A stretch of DNA of 64,000 bases from Scenedesmus sp. PABB004 (lineage: Eukaryota). The position numbers were made by a program, and so were the translations under genes. Below are positions 48,525 to 60,681 of this stretch, piece after piece. How positions within the stretch are numbered: the stretch's first letter is position 1; every line of letters begins with the position of its first letter. The notes beneath the pieces were generated by a model. That model searched no databases, had not been told where the DNA came from, and saw nothing but the letters and a program-made list of their open reading frames with translations. The stretch spans positions 434,001 to 498,000 of the forward strand of contig JABVCE010000017.1 of assembly GCA_014905635.1 (NCBI GenBank), written 5' to 3'.

Positions 48525-51252
48525 TCAACCCGCGTCGCGCGCCGCCGCCACGCCCGCGGCGAGCGCGCGGCACACCGGTTTGTGCGCGCGCCACGCGGCC
48601 GCCTGGCAGGCGCGGCTGCAGAAAAATGCGGGCGCGGCCGACTTGACGCACCCCCCGCACACGCACGCCGGCCCGCGCACCGCCGCCGGCTCGCTGTGGG
48701 CGCCGGCCAGCGCTGTGCAGCCCGGTTGTTGCTGCACGCGCGCAGCGGCAGCGCGGCGCACACCGCGCCGCACAGCTCCGGCGCCTGCACGGCCAGCACG
48801 GGGCCGCGCTCCTGCAGAATGCTGACGCAGGCGGCTGCGTCGGCCTGGACGTCGTCGTCCAGCTGCGCGGCCAGCTCCTCCGCCGCCGTGCACAGCTGGT
48901 CCTGCTGCGCCAGCAGGCGCTCCAGGACCGTGCGCGAGGGGTCTGCCGGCAGCGCGCCCAGCGCGCGCAGGCGCGGGCCCAGCGGCGCCGCTGTGTTGCT
49001 CAGGGCCGCCAGCACGGCGGCGGCAGCTGCCAGCAGCACCAGCTCACCAGGCTCGCCGCTGACAACTGGCGCGCCCGCACCGACCGCCGGCTGCGCCGCC
49101 AGCGCCTTGCCGAGCAGCTGCGCCAGCACCGCCAGGCCGCGCGCCGCCAGCACCGCCCACAGCGCGGGCGGCTCGTACGCGAGCTGGCCGCCCGCGGCCG
49201 CCGCGGCTGCCGGCTGCGCATGCGCCACAGCGTCACCGATGGCGCAGCCAGCGCGCACCGCCGCCAGGCACCCGCGGCTGCTCAACCCTGTTGGGTGCGG
49301 CTGCCGCCGGCCCCACACCGACTGCCACGCACTTGAGGGCCGTGAGCAGGCAGGCAAACACCTCACGCTGCAGCCGCGGGCCCGCGCCGCCGCCGGTCGC
49401 CGTCAGTGGCGGCGCGGCTGCCAGGCTGGTGCCGAGCCGCCTGATTGCGTCGCACAGCGCGTGGGCTGTGCTCAGGGCGGCGCTGCCCGCCCAGGTCCTG
49501 GCCGATGCCTCCAGCAGCCGGCACAGGGTGGAGGGGTCCTGCCGCGCAAACGCCGCCACGACCGCGTCGGCTGCGGCGGCGACGGGAGCAGTGGCGGCGG
49601 CGGCGGCGGCAGCGGCGTGAGCAAGCGCAGACACGCTGAGCCAGCGCGGCAGCTGTCAAAGCGATATGTTGTCAATGTGCCGCACACCCGCAGGTCCGCC
49701 GCTCCACAACAGCAGGTAGCCGCAGCGCAGCAGGGCGTGCTTAGCAGTTGCTGCGTTGACCGGCTGCGCTTGGGCCCCGCCGTGCCCCGCCGCCGCCGGC
49801 CCGTTGCCCGTGCTGCTGCCAGCGTCTGCCCCCAGCAGCTCGGCGACGGCGGGCCGGGCGAGCGGCAGGAACGCGCGCACCACTGCCGCCACCGCCGCGT
49901 CGCCCTCTGTGTCACCACCCTGGCGGCCGGGTCGCACGGCGCGCAGGGCGACGCTGGCGCACGCCGTGCCTGCAGCCAGCAGGCGCGGCGCCGGCTGCAG
50001 CGCCACCAGCCCCAGCGCCGCCTCTGCCGCTGCGACCGCCAGCTCCGCGGCGCCCGCCGCCGGCAGGCCGCCGCCGGCGCCGCAGCTGGCCGGGGGTGAC
50101 ACATCAAACAGCGCCGTAACCGCGCTGATGCTGTACTCCACCAGCTCCTCATTGTCCAGACCTTGTGGCACTGCGATGGCGTCCAGCGCCAGCACGCGCA
50201 GCAGCGCGGCGTGCGCCGCCGGCACGGCGGGCGCGCCAGTGCCGGCGCCGCTGCTGCCGCCACCTGCGCTGGTCGGCCGACCGCGCTGCGCCTCGTGGAC
50301 GTGCGCCGCGCGCAGGGCGAGGTCGGCCAGCAGCAGCTGCTGCACCGCGGGGTCTGCCAGCAGCGCACGCTCCGCCTCATCGCTCACGCAGCCATGCTGC
50401 CGGGCTGCCAACAGGCTCTGAGCCGTCCACCAGGCTGTCGCGTGAGCCGAAACCAGCGCAGTCTGCATGGAGCGGGCCGCGGACAGCGCGCGCTGCACCA
50501 GGCTTGCGCCTGCAGGGCTGCTGCCGGCAGCCGCCGCACGCCAGGCACCGGCGCAGCGCAGCACCGCGAGCGCCAGGCGCGCGACCGGCTGCGCCAGCGG
50601 CAGCAGCGGGCCCTCCAGCTGGCCCTCCGACGGCCAGGCGCTGTGGGTAGCACGGGCCGCCAGCAGTGGCGCTGCCGCAACCAGGCACGCAGGGAGCGGA
50701 GGAGCGCAGGTGCCCTCCTGCTGCGGGGCCTCCAGTGCCGCGGCGACGCCGGCGCACGCCACGACCAGCGGCGGAAGCATGCCTGCGGGCGGGCGGAGGC
50801 GGCGGCCCGGTCAGGGACGGGCGAGGCAGCGGCAGGCGCGGACCGCCGTCGGCCTGCCGCCGCTCACCCGCGCGCTCCAGCTCGGCCGCCAGCTCCGCCT
50901 CGGGCGCGCCAAAGACCTTGCGGATGCCAAAGCTCGCCTGCAGCATGTCGCACAGAGCATGAACCGTGCGGGCACAGCCCCCGCTGCCCGCCGCCGCCGC
51001 CCGCGTCGCCGGCGCCGCCAGCAGCGCCAGCGCGCACGCCACGGCCTGCGCGAGCCGCGCCTGCACGCCGGCGGCCAGCAGCGCGGCCAGGTCGGCGCAG
51101 GGCGAGCCCCTGGCCTTTGCGCTGTCAAGAATGTCGGCGAAATAGTCCATCAGTGACTCCGCGGCCGCGCCTTCCGCCGCGAGCGCGTCGACGCTGCTCG
51201 CGCGCGCGCAGCGGCCCAGCCAGCCCGCCAGGGCCGCCGTCTCGGGCCGCAT
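48525..51252 (-). pseudogene. MYND family copy M5, disrupted
   Basis: Full 3-exon layout, but with a 14-nt deletion near 49275 (between GCGGG microhomologies) and the same 1-nt frameshift at NN|R (near 48722) as M3b. Confidence 0.7.
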
Positions 51253-51901
51253 GCTGCCTGGGCCACAGACTTGCGGCGCCGGCGAGGGTTGGCGAGGGCT
51301 GGCGGGGCCTGGGTGGGCCAGGGCGGCGCGGGGCTGGGAACGGGCGCTGCTGTCGGCGCTCGCGCGCGGCCGCCGCTCGGCACCGCCGCAGGGCCGCGCG
51401 CTGGCGGGCAGGGCGGGCGCGCCGCGGGGTCGTCGGGGCGGCAGCCGGCCGGGGTGTGGAGACGCGGCGGCGGCGGGGCGGCGGGCAGCTGGGCGGCCGG
51501 CGCGGTTCAGGCGGCCCGCGCGGTTCAGGCGGCCCGCGCGGCCCTCGCGCTCGCGCCGCCCGCCGCCCTGGCTGGTGCGGCGGCGTGGCTGGGTCGGGGT
51601 GGCACTGGAGGGGCTGGCTGGAGGCGGCGCCGGGGCGCGCAGCGGCCCCGCCAGGCGGGCCCGGGCGGGCGGGGCGCGCCGCACAGCGCGCGCAGCGGCG
51701 TCGGCAGAGCGGTGCCCGCCGCCAGCTGATGCGCGCGCAGTCCGCGCAAACTCACAGGCCTGCACGCCCAAACCGGTGACCCTCGGCCAGCGAGCAGGCG
51801 CACACACCGCAAACCGCCGCCCGGCCCCGCGACGCGGCATGGGCCCCTAGAGCGGCGGTCACTCCTGGGGGCCATCTCGCCTCACTCCGCCTCACTCCGC
51901 C

Positions 51902-54630
51902 TCACTCCGCCTCGCGCGCTGCCGCCGCCGCCGCCGCCACACCCGCGGCCAGCGCGCGGAACACCGGCTCGTGCGCGCGCCACGCAGCCTTTTGGCAGGC
52001 GCGGCTGCAAAAGCGCGCAGGCGTGGCCGACTTGCCGCAGCCCGCGCACGCGCACGCCGGGCCGCGCACCGCCGCCAGCTCGCTGTGCGCGCCTGCCAGC
52101 GCGACGCAGCGCGGGTTGTTGCAGCACGCGCGCAGCGGCAGCGCGGCGCACACGGCGGCGCACAGCTCCTCCGCCTGCGCGGCCAGCGCGGGGCCGCGCT
52201 CCTGCAGCGTGCTGACGCGGGCGGCTGCGCCGGCCTGGGCGTCGTCGCCCAGCTGCGCGGCCAGCTCCGCCGCCGCCGTGTGCAGCTGCTCCTGCTGCGC
52301 CAGCAGGCGCTCCAGCCCCGCGCGCGAGGGGTCCGCCGGCAGCGGCCCCAGCGCGCGCAGGCGCGGGGTCAGCAGCGCCGCCGCGTCGTGCAGGGCCGCT
52401 AGCACGGCGACGGCAGTTGCCAGCCGCGCAGGCTCGCCAGGCCCGCCACCACCAGCTGGTGCAACAGACGCCGGCCAAGCCGCCAGCGCCTTGCTGAACA
52501 GCTGCGCCAGCACCGTCAAGCTGCGCGCCGTCAGCACCGCCCACAGCGCGGGCGACTCGTACGCGAGCTGGCCGCCGGCGGCCGCCGCGGCTGCCGGCTG
52601 CGCGCGCACCACCGCGTCGCCGATGGCGCAGCCGGCGCGCACCACCGCCAGGCAGCCGCTCGCCAGGTCCCATAACTGCTCATCGCGGCCAGGGCCGGCT
52701 GCTGCCGGCCCCACACCGACCGCCGCGCACTTCAGCGTGGTGAGCAGGCAGGCAAACACCTCGCGCTGCAGCCGCAGGCCCGCGGCGCCGCCGGCCGCCG
52801 TCAGCGCCGGCGCGGCTGCCAGGCTGGGCCCGAGCCGCCCAATGGAGCCGCGCAGTGCGTGTGCTGTGTCCAGAGCGACCTGCGCCATCTCCCTGCCCGC
52901 CAAGCTCCTTTCGGACGCCTCCAGCAGCCGGCACAGGGTGTAGGGGTCCTGCCGCACGAACGCCTCCAGCGCCGCGTCGGCTGCGGCGGTGGCGGCGGCG
53001 GCGGTGAGGGCGTGCGCAAGCCCAGGCAGGCCGGGCCGGCGGGCTGCGTAGCTGCCCAAAGCCAGCTGCCGCCACACACCCTGCGCTCTGTTGCTCCCCT
53101 CACACAGCAGCAGACCGCAGCTCTGTAGGGCGCCGTGAGCAGTGGCTGCGTCGACCGGCGGCGCTTGCGCCCCGCCCTGCCCCGCCGCCGCCGGCCTGGT
53201 CCCTGTGCTGCTGCCGGCGTCCGCCCCCATCAGCGCGGCGGCGGTGGGCCGGGCGAGCGGCAGGAACGCGCACACCACCGCCGCCGCCGCGTCGTCACCG
53301 TGCGCCGCACCGCCCGGGGCTGCTTCCCTCAGGTGGTGCATGATGCTGCCGGCGCACGAAGCGCCAGCAGCCAGCGCGAGGGGCGTCGGCTGCAGCGCCA
53401 CCAGCTCCAGCGCCGCCTCCGCGACCGCGGCCGCCAGCCCCGCACCGCCCGCTGTGGTCGGGCCAGCGCTGCCACTGCCGGCGATGCCAGCTCCGCAGCT
53501 GGTCGGCGGTGAGACCTCAAACAGCATGCCGACCGCATGGACGCTGTCCTCCAGCAGCATCTCTCTCTGCTCTACGCGGGGCACCGCAGCGGCGTCCAGC
53601 CCCAGCACGCGTAGCAGCGCGGCGTGCGCCGCCGGCACGGCGGGCGCGCCAGGGCCGGCGCCGCTGCCGCTGCCAACGGCCGGCCGCGCTGCGCCTTGTG
53701 CAGGTGCGCCGCGTGCAGGGCGAGGTTGGCCAGCAGCAGCTGCTGCACCGCGGGATCCGCCAGCAGCGCACGCTCCGCCCTTCCGCTCACGCGGCGATAC
53801 CGCCGCGCCAGCAGCACGCTCTGAGCCGTCCCCTGTGCTGTGACGCGGGATAACGACAGCACGTCCTCCACCAAGTCCGACGGTATCAAGCCGCCACCGG
53901 CCTGTGCGCGCCAGGCCCCGGCGCGGCGCAGCGCCGCGAGCGCCAGCCGCACGTCGTGCTGCGCCAGCGCCAGCAGCGGGCCCTCCAGCTGGGCCTGTGC
54001 CGGCCACGCGATGTGCGCAGTGCGTGCCACCACCAGCAGCGCTGCTGCTGTGAGGCACTCCAGTTGAGACTGCGCGCCGCTGGCCTGCCGCTGGCGCTGC
54101 TGCGAGGCCTCCAGCGTCGCGGCGTGAGCGGTGCACGCCGCGGCCAGCGGCGGCAGCATGCCTGCGGGTGCGCAGCGGCGGCGGCCCGGTCAGGGACGGG
54201 CGCAGCAGCTGCAGGCGCGGACCGCCGCCCGCCGCTCACCCGCGCGCTCCAGCTCGGCCGCCAGCTCCGCGTCGGGCGCGCCAAAGGTCTTGCGGATGAA
54301 ACAGCTGCTCTGCAGCAGGGGGCACAGGGCAAAGAGCGTGCCGACAAAGTCCGCGCTGCCCGCCGCCGCCGCCCGCGTCGCCGGCGCCGCCAGCAGCGAC
54401 AGCGCGCACGCCACGGCCTGCGCGAGCCGCCGCTGCACGCTCGCGGCCAGCAGCGCGCCCAGGTCGGCGCAGGGCGAGCCCCTGGCCCCTGCCTGTTGAA
54501 TCAGGCCGCCAAGATAGGTGCGCAGCGAATCCGCGGCGGCGCCCTCCGCCTCCGCCGCGAGCGCGCCGACGCTGCTCGCGCGTGCGCAGCGGCCCAGCAG
54601 GCCCGCCAGGGCCGCGGTCTCGGGCCGCAT
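51902..54630 (-). CDS. MYND zinc-finger family protein, copy M6 (one frame break near 53680)
   Basis: MRPETAALAGLLGRC start; the finger ends HEPVF instead of HKPVC (last Zn ligand lost), so it may be degenerating. Confidence 0.6.
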
Positions 54631-55159
54631 GCTGCACCGCGGTGCAGGACGGCGGCGCTGGTGAAGGCTGGCGAGGGCGGGCGGGGCCACGGCGGCGGCG
54701 GGGGCGCTGCTGTTTTCGCTCGCGCGGGGTCTGGCGGGCAGGGCGGGCGCGCCGCGGGGTCGTCGGGGCGGCAGCCCGGCCGGGGTGTGGAGGCGCGGCG
54801 GCGGGGCGGCGGGCAGCTGGGCGGCCGGCGCGGTTCAGGCGGCCGGCGCGGCCCTCGCGCTCGCGCCTCGCCGGCCTGGCTGGCTGGTGAGCCGGCGTGG
54901 CTGGTCGGCCTGGCACTGGAGGGGCTGGCTGGAGGCGGCGCCGGGGCGCGCAGCGGCCCGCCAGGCGGGCCCGCCAGGCGGGCGGCGCGTGCCGCACAGC
55001 GCGCGCAGCGGCGTCGGCAGAGGCGGCCGCCGGCTCACGCGCGCGCAGTCCGCGCAAACTCACAGGCCTGCACGCCCAAACCGGTTACCCTCGGCCAGCG
55101 AGCAGGCGCGCGCGCCGCAAACCGCCGCCCGGCCCCGCAACACGGCATCGGCACCGGCC

Positions 55160-56563
55160 CTAGAGGCCGTGCTGGGCGCTGTAGGCGGCCACCCACTGCG
55201 TGATGCGCGCCACGTTGCTCTCCATGTCCGCCGGCGTGTTGCTCGGCAGCGGCACGACGATCGCGGCGCTGCGCCGGCGGCGGAGCGGCGTCGGCGGCGG
55301 CGGCCGCGGCGGCTTCGGCAGCGGCGGCGGCGGCAGCGTCGGCGGCGCAGCCGCGGCAGGCCAACGCCGCCGCCGCCCTGCGAGCGCGCGGCGCGGCGCG
55401 GCAGGCAGGGCCGTGCTCACTCGTAGCTGTCGTGCGCCTCCTGCAGCAGCACCATCATGATCTCACACTCCACGTTCTCACTCACCTGGCGGCGGCGTGC
55501 GGCGCAGCACGGCGTGCGGCGCGGCACGGCGTGCGGCGGCGCGCGCTCTCCGGCAACAGCGCGCGTGCACGCGTGCGCGCACGCACACGCACGCAGACAG
55601 CGCGCGCGCGCCGAGCCAGGCCCGCGGGCGCCCCGGCCGCACCTTGGTGAGAGGATAGCCCCGTCCCTCGAGGCGCTCCCAGAGGACGGTGTTGTCGGTC
55701 TGCAGCACGACGACGAGGTCAAACCACCTGGCGGACGGGGCGTCATAACACCGCGGCGCGGATGGCGGGGACGGGGGCGCGGGGACGGACGTGAGGGGCA
55801 GGGGCGCGGGGCGCGGGCCGGGCGCGGCAGCGGCGGCGGGGCGCAGCGGCAGGCCCGGCGCGCGGCGCGGGCGCGCGGCGCCGCCCCGGCGGCGGGGCGC
55901 GCGGCGGCGGCGCCGCACCGCTCTGGGAAGAAGTCGCATGAGTGGTAGTCAACGATGCAGCCGCCGGCCGACAGGCTCTCCTCCAGCGCGTCGACGACCT
56001 GGCACCGCGGCGCGGCGCGGCGCGGCGCGGCGCGGGGGCGTCGGCACCGTTGAGCGGCTCCGGGGCGGGCGCGGCCGCCGCCGGCCGGGGCGCGGGCCCG
56101 TGCCTCGCGCGCGCGCGGCCGGCCGTGTGACGCAGCCGGGCTGCGTCAGGTTGGGTCGAGAGGCCTGTTGCATCGGGGCCTGAAGACCCCAACAACAGGT
56201 TGAGTCGAGGCCTCTAGACCCAACCGACACTCGACACACACACCGTCCGCCGGCGCACCTTGTCCTCGTCAATGATGAGCGCCTGGTGCTCCTCGTCCCA
56301 GCCGCTGTGTAGCTCCTGCGCCTTGACCCAGTCGCCGACGTTGATGCTGCGCAGCCCCGTCGCCTCGGCGACCGCCGCGCACGTGCTGGTCTTGCCTGTG
56401 GTGGTGAGGGGCGGCGGCCGCGTCGGCCGGCGGCGCGGGGCGGACGCGGGCGCGCGCCAGGCGGGCGGCGGCGCGGCGCGGCGCGGCGCGGCGGCGCCGC
56501 GCGCGGCGACGCCGCGCCTGTGCCCGGCGTGCCCGTCACGAGTATGTTGGGCGGCCGCGGCAT
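55160..56563 (-). CDS. AK6: Adenylate kinase isoenzyme 6 (Fap7/hCINAP homologue), 6 exons
   Basis: NILVTGTPGTG|KTS P-loop, DEDK|VVD, IVDYHSCDFFPER|WFDLVVVLQTDNTVLWERLEGRGY, ENVECEIMMVLLQEAHDSY. Confidence 0.93.
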
Positions 56564-57446
56564 GGCGCCTGCCCGGCGCGCCTGCCCGCGCGCGGCGGCT
56601 GCGGCGCGCGCCGGCAGCGGCGCGGCGGCGGCCGCCGCTGCCGCGCGGGCCGGCGGGGCGCCGGCTGCTGCCGCGGCGCCGCGGGCGCGTCGAGGGCGGC
56701 GGTGGCCGTCACACGCGCCGGGCGGCGGGCTGCCGCGCTCTCGACGCCGGCGGGCCGGGGGCTCGCGAGCGGCGGCGGCGGCTGCGCGGGCGAGGCCGGC
56801 AGGCGGGCGCGTGAGCGGTGATCGTGAGCCTGCGCGCGGGGTGTGTGTGCGGGGGCCGCACGCGCCGCGCCGGCTGCGCCGCCGCTACACCGCGACGGCG
56901 CGACGGCGCCGCCGGCAGCTATCACCTGCCGCGCGTGCGCCCGGGCGTCCATGCACCGCTCGCAGGGGGCGTAGGAGCTGGGACCAGCGCGCGCCGGAGG
57001 CGCCACGCGAGAGCGGGGCAGCGAGCAGCAGCAGGAGCGGAGGGCGGCCGGCTGGGGCGGCCACGGCTGGCCGGGAGGCGAGCCGGAGGCCCCTGATCGC
57101 GTGGGGGCGCTGCCCAGGTGCGGCCCGGCCCCCAGCGCGCTGCAGCAGCGAGGCCTGTTCCGCCCGCCGTGCGTTCTGCTGCCGCACGCGCCGGCGACGT
57201 CAGATCGGCGTTGCGGGGACGGTTCTGGGTGCTTCGGCGGCGCTCGCCGGTCGCGGGGGCCACGCGGGGCGGCGGCAGGGCAGCTCGCCGGGCCATCGGG
57301 CTTCCCGGCCCGCTTCGCGCGAATGGGGGGCGCGCCCGGTGGCGTGCGGCCTCGGTCCATGCAGTTCCGCTTGTCCCCTCCATCACGGCGCCCCCGCCCG
57401 CCCTCGCCCGCCCCGCAGGCGCGGGAGCGGGGCAACCGCAGCCGCA

Positions 57447-60400
57447 ATGCTCAACCAGGGCCTCGACCCGCAGGGCCTGCGCTATGCCGCGGCCGGCACG
57501 CAGTACCAGCACGCCCAACAGAGCTTCCAGGCCCTGGGTGCGGCGCCGCCGCGGCGCGCGGCGCCCCGCACCGGCGACCGGCAGCGGCGGCGCTGCTGTT
57601 GGCGCGCGCGCGGGCAGCGCGGGCGCACGGCGCGCGGCCGGGGGCGCCGCTGACGCGCCGGCCGCCGCCGCCGCCGCCGCCACCGCAGGCGGCCTGCAGC
57701 AGGGTCTGCAGGGCCTCGGCGGCGCCGGCAGGTGCGCGCGCGCTGCGGCGGGGCGCCGTCCCCGTGGGCGCGCGCGCGCCCACGCGCCCACGCGCCCGCG
57801 CGCCGCCTCCGCCGCCGCCGCCGCGCCGTCCCCTACCGCAGGATGGGCCTTGCAGGCTTCCCAAACACCTCGACGGCGCCGCAGGCGGGCCAGTTCCACG
57901 GCGGCGGCCTCGGCGCGGCCGGCGCGGCGGGGCTGGCGGCGCAGCAGGGCGCGTTGCGATTCATGGGCCCCGGCGTGCCGCTCGGCGGCGGGCAGCTCGC
58001 GGGGCAGTTTCCCGGCGTCGGCCTGAGCGCGGCCGCGCAGCGGCAGGGCCTGGGGCAGGGCCTCGGGCAGGGCATCGGGCAGGCGCAGGGCCTCGGGCTC
58101 GGGCTCGGCGGCGCGGTGCGCGGCGGCGCGACGCCGCAGCAGGCGGCGGCGGCCAGCCTGCTGATGCAGCGGCAGCAGCAGCAGCAGCAGCAGCAGTTTG
58201 GGGCGGCGCAGCAGTTTGCGGGCGGGCTCGGCGGCCTCGCCGGCAACCCGCTGCAGCAGCTGAACGCCGCGCAGCAGCGGCTCGCGCTGCAGCAGCAGCA
58301 GCAGCAGCAGCAGGCCGCCGCGGCGGCGGCGGCGGCGCCGCAGCAGCAGCAGAACGACCTGCTCGCCCTGCTCGCGAGCAGCAAGGGCGGCGCCGGCGGG
58401 CACGGCTTTGGCCAGGCCATGGGCGGCCTTGGCGGCCTCGGCGGCGGGGGCCCCGGCGGCATGGCGGGGCCGCACGGGCTCTTCGGCGGCCGCCCCGGCG
58501 GCTTTGCCGGCGCCGCGGCGGCGGGCCTCGGCGGCGGCGGCGGCGGCGGCTTTGGCCAGCCGCTGGGCGGCGTCGACGGGCTCGGCGGGCTCGGCGGCGC
58601 CGGCCAGCAGCAGCAGGGCGGCGGCGGCGGCGGCCCAGGGTTCAGCCAGGACGAGTTCCCGGCCCTCGGCGCGGCGGCGCAGGCCGCCGCGGCGGCGCGC
58701 GGCGCGGCGGCGGCGCAGCAGGCGGCCGCCGCGGCCGCCGCGCAGGCGCAGGCCGCGGCCGGCGGCGGGCCGCGCTCGGGCGGAGACTACTCGGCTGCCG
58801 CGATGGCGCTGCGCAAGGCCGCGGGCGTCGGGCAGCAGGTGAGGGCGCGCGCGTGCGGGGCAGAAGGGGGGAGCAGGCCGTCACGCCTCGCCAGCACTCG
58901 CGCCGCGCCGCCCGCGCGCCAACGCCCGCCGCGACCGCCGCGGCGGTGCTGCGCAGGAGTTTTCGATCCAGAACGACAGCGACTTCCCAGCCCTCGGCGG
59001 CGGCCCGCCGCAGGGCGGCGGCGGCGGCGACGACAAGGGCGGCGCGGTGCGCCGCCGCACGCGCGCCCGCGCGGCGCCCCCGCCCCCGCCCCCGCCCCCC
59101 CCCCCCCCCCCCCCCCCCGGCGCGCGGCGCGCACGGCCGCCGCGACACGCGCCGGGGGTCCCTGACGCCGCGCTGCCCGCGCCGCGCCCGTTCAGGACAA
59201 GGACCGGCCCGGCGGCGGCGCCGACGGCGGCGGCGGCGCGGGCGGCGGCCTGCTCCCCGGCGGCGGCGGCATGGCGGGCGGCGCGGCCGCGGGCGCCGAC
59301 AGGTGCGCGCCGCACCACCGCCGCGCCGCGCCGCGCCGCGCCGCCACGCCCCTCCCCCTGTCTCGCGCCGCTGGCTTGCGCCCTGCTGCCGCTGCACCCC
59401 AGCTCCCGCTCAACCCTGCTCCGCCCGCCCCTAAAACCTAAACCCTAAACCCTGAAACCGCCCCAGGTACGGCCTGCTGGGGCTGCTGCACGTCATCCGC
59501 ATGACAGAGCCCGACCTCACGATGCTCGCGCTCGGCACCGACCTCACCGGCCTCGGACTCAACCTCAACGCGCCCGACTCGCTCTACAAGGCGCGCCTTG
59601 TGCGGCACTGCGCGCCGGCTGCTGTTTTGACCGTTGGTTTGACTGTTGCTTGAGCGCTTTCAAGCGTCGCCCGTGATTTGTGCACGGCTGCGCGGACGCC
59701 GCGCCCGCGCCGCCCGGGGGCGGGCCTCGCACGCGCGCGCGCCGCCGCCGCGCCCGCCCGTACCCCGCCAGGTGCTCGTGTCGCCGCTCGCCGACGCGCC
59801 GGTGCGGCCCGACCTCGACTTTGAGGTCCCCGCGTGCTACAAGCACAGCCCGCCGCGCCTGCAGCCGGGGTACCTCGCCAAGTTCAAGGAGGAGACGCTC
59901 TTCTACATCTTCTACTCCATGCCCCAGGTGCGTTAATGACGTGTTAATGACACGTTATTTGACTGTCACTCCTGACTGCTTTGACTTTTGATCTGTGTGG
60001 AGTGATCCAGGCCGACGGGACCGCGACCCGCCCCCGCCCGCGCGCCCGCGCTCGCGCTCGCAGGACGAGGCGCAGCTGATCGCGGCCGACGAGCTCTGCG
60101 CGCGCGGGTGGTGGTGGCACAAGCGCTTCCGCTGCTGGTTCATCCACGCGCCCAACAGCCCCGTCGTCAAGAGCGCCGCCGCGCGCAGCGAGCGCGGGAC
60201 GTACCTGTTCTTCGACACCTCCATCTGGGACGTCGTGCAGGTGGGCGGCCGCTACTCTAGTTTAGGGTTTAGGGTTTAAACCTAAACCCGCCTCCCGCCC
60301 GCGGGCCGCGCGAGCGGCGGCCGTTCAGGGTTTGTCACCAGGGTCCCTGCAAGGGCTTTGTGGGCGGTGCCGCTGCCGATCGCCCGGCCTCCTCGCGAGC

Positions 60401-60681
60401 GCGCGCGCGCGCTCACGGCGCCCGCACCGCCGCTGCCGCCGCGCGACCTGCGGCGGCGCGCCGCGCAGAAGAGCGACGTGGAGGTGTTTTTCGAGGACGT
60501 GGAGCGCCCGCCCGGCCTGCCGCGCGCGAGCCCCGCGGGCGGCGGCGCCGGGGGCGGCGCCGCGGGCGGCGCGGGCGGCGGCGGCGGCGCGCCGGGCGCG
60601 CCCGGCGGCGGCGTCGCCGGCGCCGCGGCCGGCGGCGGCGCGCCGGGCGGCGCGCCGGGCGGCGGCGCGCTGCGGCAGTGA
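57447..60681 (+). CDS. NOT2: CCR4-NOT complex subunit 2 (NOT2/VIP2-like)
   Basis: FSQDEFPALG, FSIQNDSDFPALGG, YGLLGLLHVIRM...LALGTDLTGLGLNLN, NOT box ETLFYIFYSMPQ|DEAQLIAADELCARGWWWHK. Confidence 0.93.
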
